Part shown: positions 61,499 to 64,000 of the stretch, piece by piece
How positions within the stretch are numbered: position 1 is the first letter of the stretch
How the letters are laid out: each line of letters starts with the position of its first letter
Assembly (NCBI GenBank): GCA_040752415.1
Contig: JBFMGU010000005.1
Span: forward strand, 26,141 to 90,140
Length of the DNA: 64,000 bases
Source of the DNA: Myxococcota bacterium
GTDB taxonomy: Bacteria > Myxococcota > JACRCW01
Direction: 5' to 3'
The notes under the pieces: model-generated
What the model saw: the letters and a program-made list of their open reading frames with translations, nothing else
The model's database searches: none
What the model was told of the DNA's origin: nothing
Program-made: the position numbers and the translations under genes

Positions 61499-63376
61499 CT
61501 ACTGGTACCCCTCCGCCTGCAACCGGAACATCCGCGCATACGTCCCGCCCGCGTCCAACAGCTCCTGGTGCGTGCCCTGCTCCGCCAGCTTCCCGTCGGC
61601 GAGCACGAAGATGCGATCCGCCAGGCGCACCGTCGGGAACCGGTGGGAAATCACAATGGACGTGCGCCCCCGCGTCAGCTCCTTGAAACGCTGGAACACC
61701 AGGTACTCGGCCTCGGCGTCGAGGGCAGCGGTGGGCTCATCCAGGATCAGCACGTCCGCGTCCTGCCGCATGAACGACCGCGCCAACGCCACGCTCTGCC
61801 ACTGCCCACCGGACAACTCCACGCCGCGCGCAAACCAGCGCCCCAGCGACGCATCCAGCCCGCCCGGCAACGTGCGCACCAGCTCCTCCGCGCCGCCCTT
61901 CTCCACGGCGTGGCGGATGCGCGTCTCGTCGAGGATCTGCTCCACCGCGCCCACACCCACGTTCTCCCGCAGGAGCAGCTGGTAACGGTTGTAGTCCTGG
62001 AAGATGACGCCCATCCGCGCGCGCAGCGCATCTCCGTCCCACGCGCGCAGGTCCTTGCCGTCCAGCAGAACGCGCCCGCTGCTGGGCGTGTACAGGCCGG
62101 TAAGCAGCTTGATGAACGTGGTCTTGCCCGCGCCGTTGGGCCCCACCAGCGCCGCACTGGTCCCGGCGGGGATGAACATGGAGACATCACGCAGCGCGGG
62201 CGCGGAGGCGCCGGGGTACTGGAACGTCACGTTCTCGAACCGCACACCCCGCTCCGCGGCTCCCTGGACGGAAACCGGGGCCGGCAACGTCGGCGTGGTC
62301 CCCACCTGCGCCTTCAGGAAGTCCAGCAGGTTGCTCATGTACAGCTGGCTCTCGTACATGCTGCCCATCGACGAGAGGACGGACTGGAACGCGCCCTGCC
62401 CTTGTCGGAACGCCAGCGTGTAGAGGGTCAACTCACCCAGCGTGATTTCCCCGCGCGCAGCGCGCAGCGCAATGACGGCGTAGCAGGCGTAGAACGCGCC
62501 CGTCGACAACAGGCCCAGCAGCGTGCCCCACACCGCGCGCTGCACGGCCACCACGCTGTTCTCGCGGAAGAGCTTCACGGCGAGGTCGCGGTAGCGCTGC
62601 AGGAAGTAGGCGCCCAGGCCAAAGAGCTTCACCTCCTTGGCGTGCGTGTCCGTGGCCAGGACGTATTCGAGGTACCAGAGACGTCGACTGTCGGCGGACT
62701 GGCGGTTCCTCAGGCGGAACGCGTCCGCACTGAATTTCACCTCGGAGATGAAGCCCGGGAGGCTGGCCAGCACAAGCAACCCCACCACCCACCCACCCAG
62801 CGCCCACAACGCCACCAGGTAGCCCACCAGGGACAACGCGTTCTGCACCAGCGAGAACGTCTGCACCACCACGGAGAGCGGCCGGCTGCTGGCCTCCCGA
62901 CGGGCGCGTGTGAGGCGGTCGTAGAACTCGCTGTCCTCGAAGTGCGAGAGCTCCAGCGTCAGCGCCTTCTCGAGGATGAGCACGTTGATGTGCACGCCCA
63001 GCTTCTCACCCACGAGCTGGCGCACCAGACCGCTGGCGCGCTGCAGCACCACCTGCGCCACCACCAGGCCCAGCTCCAGGAGCACCAGCTCCACCACGGT
63101 GTTGCGCGCCGCCAGGTCGGCGGGATTGCCCGCGGCGGTCACCACGGCGTCAATGATGAGCTTGCCCACGTACACCAGGGCCACGGGCATGACCGCCGCC
63201 AGCACGGTGAGCAGCGCCAGCACCACGGTCCCGCCGACGGAGGCCTGCAGCACCAGCCTCAACGCATCCGGGACGTGTCCCGCGGTGCGGAGGACCTGGC
63301 GCCATGACACCCGAGGCGGTGGACCCTCGGGGGCTCCGTGGGCCTTGCCATGACCTGTGCGTGCGCCTTCACCCAC
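61499..63376 (-). CDS. ABC exporter, fused permease and ATPase, ~625 aa
   Basis: Six-TM domain, GPNGAGKTT, LSGGQWQ, ILDEPTAALD, ISHR. Start is uncertain. Confidence 0.9.
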   Translation of the reverse strand: MGEGARTGHGKAHGAPEGPPPRVSWRQVLRTAGHVPDALRLVLQASVGGTVVLALLTVLAAVMPVALVYVGKLIIDAVVTAAGNPADLAARNTVVELVLLELGLVVAQVVLQRASGLVRQLVGEKLGVHINVLILEKALTLELSHFEDSEFYDRLTRARREASSRPLSVVVQTFSLVQNALSLVGYLVALWALGGWVVGLLVLASLPGFISEVKFSADAFRLRNRQSADSRRLWYLEYVLATDTHAKEVKLFGLGAYFLQRYRDLAVKLFRENSVVAVQRAVWGTLLGLLSTGAFYACYAVIALRAARGEITLGELTLYTLAFRQGQGAFQSVLSSMGSMYESQLYMSNLLDFLKAQVGTTPTLPAPVSVQGAAERGVRFENVTFQYPGASAPALRDVSMFIPAGTSAALVGPNGAGKTTFIKLLTGLYTPSSGRVLLDGKDLRAWDGDALRARMGVIFQDYNRYQLLLRENVGVGAVEQILDETRIRHAVEKGGAEELVRTLPGGLDASLGRWFARGVELSGGQWQSVALARSFMRQDADVLILDEPTAALDAEAEYLVFQRFKELTRGRTSIVISHRFPTVRLADRIFVLADGKLAEQGTHQELLDAGGTYARMFRLQAEGYQ

Positions 63377-63519
63377 TGTTTCGCCCCGGCTTCGTCCTGG
63401 AGAGGCGGCTCTTAACCGTCGCCTGGGACCACGCCAAGCGGCAGAAACCCAGTGGACCCCGGCCACGCCCCCCGCTAGCTTCAGCGCCCCCTTGGCGCCC
63501 GACGCCAGGAGCCCGTGTC

Positions 63520-64000
63520 GTGACCGCGCAGCGCTCTCCCATCCTCGGCTACAACCACCAGGTGGTGCACCTGGGTTGGCACTTTCACGTGCAGACCGAG
63601 GACTCCGGTCCGCAGAAGGCGCACATCTTCACGCACCTGTTCCACAACGGCAGCATCCTCGCGTCCAAGAAGCTGGTCTATGACCCCGCCAGCGCGCCGG
63701 AGTTCGTGAAGGACCTCATGCAGGCGCAGCACAAGGCGGTCATGCGTGAGCTCAAGCGCGGCGCCCACGACGAGCACATCAAGAAGCTGCTGGGAGAGCC
63801 CCCGGACGCGAGCGGCGGCTTCGAGATCTCCACGACGGAATCCAACCCCGCCATTCCCATCCCGTCGGAGCCGCCGCACACGCCCTCTCCGCTTCCGGAC
63901 AGCGGCACCAGCCTGGAGTGGAAGCCGGTGCTGAGCACGCCGCCGTTGCCGTTCTCGTCGGTGTCGCTGCCGCCGATTCCGCCGCCCATGTCGTCGCGGA
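63520..64000 (+). CDS. Conserved hypothetical protein (GYNH...FHVQTEDSG), 3'-truncated and missing from the ORF track
   Basis: AGGAG RBS before GTG 63520. The frame is open to the window end: MTAQRSPILGYNHQVVHLGWHFHVQTEDSGPQKAHIFTHLFHNG...LMQAQHKAVMRELKRG. Confidence 0.75.
   Translation, partial: MTAQRSPILGYNHQVVHLGWHFHVQTEDSGPQKAHIFTHLFHNGSILASKKLVYDPASAPEFVKDLMQAQHKAVMRELKRGAHDEHIKKLLGEPPDASGGFEISTTESNPAIPIPSEPPHTPSPLPDSGTSLEWKPVLSTPPLPFSSVSLPPIPPPMSSR

Noticed and set aside
61153..61686. Short ORFs across the long inverted repeat
   Set aside because: They are mirror-image translations of the repeat arms with no coding signature.

Overview
High-GC bacterial chromosomal segment, probably Myxococcota. 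That taxonomy is inferred from CxC-type lipoproteins with Asp-Ala-Gly/Ser-rich stalks, a MYXO-CTERM-like tail, tandem FHA proteins and a GYNH...VQTEDSG protein. About 56 CDSs are supported. The left end carries the 3' part of an ATP-dependent class I benzoyl-CoA reductase operon (bcrB-A-D) followed by a hemerythrin-like gene. About 46 kb away is an aerobic benzoyl-CoA epoxidase locus (boxR<- ->boxC-boxB) with two operator-like palindromes but no boxA. Housekeeping genes include nadB, mscS, a cystathionine beta-synthase, class II RNR nrdJ, a biotin carboxylase, queD, a sirtuin and acnA. Accessory content includes two vapBC modules, a three-gene cassette around a rearranged zeta-toxin-like kinase, two tandem ~1,200-1,300 aa paralogous surface lipoproteins next to two FHA genes, a 44-aa basic ORF, a 28-bp perfect inverted repeat and a ~290-bp hairpin element. 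I found no rRNA, tRNA, CRISPR array, integrase or transposase. All assignments come from reading motifs by eye; no searches were run.
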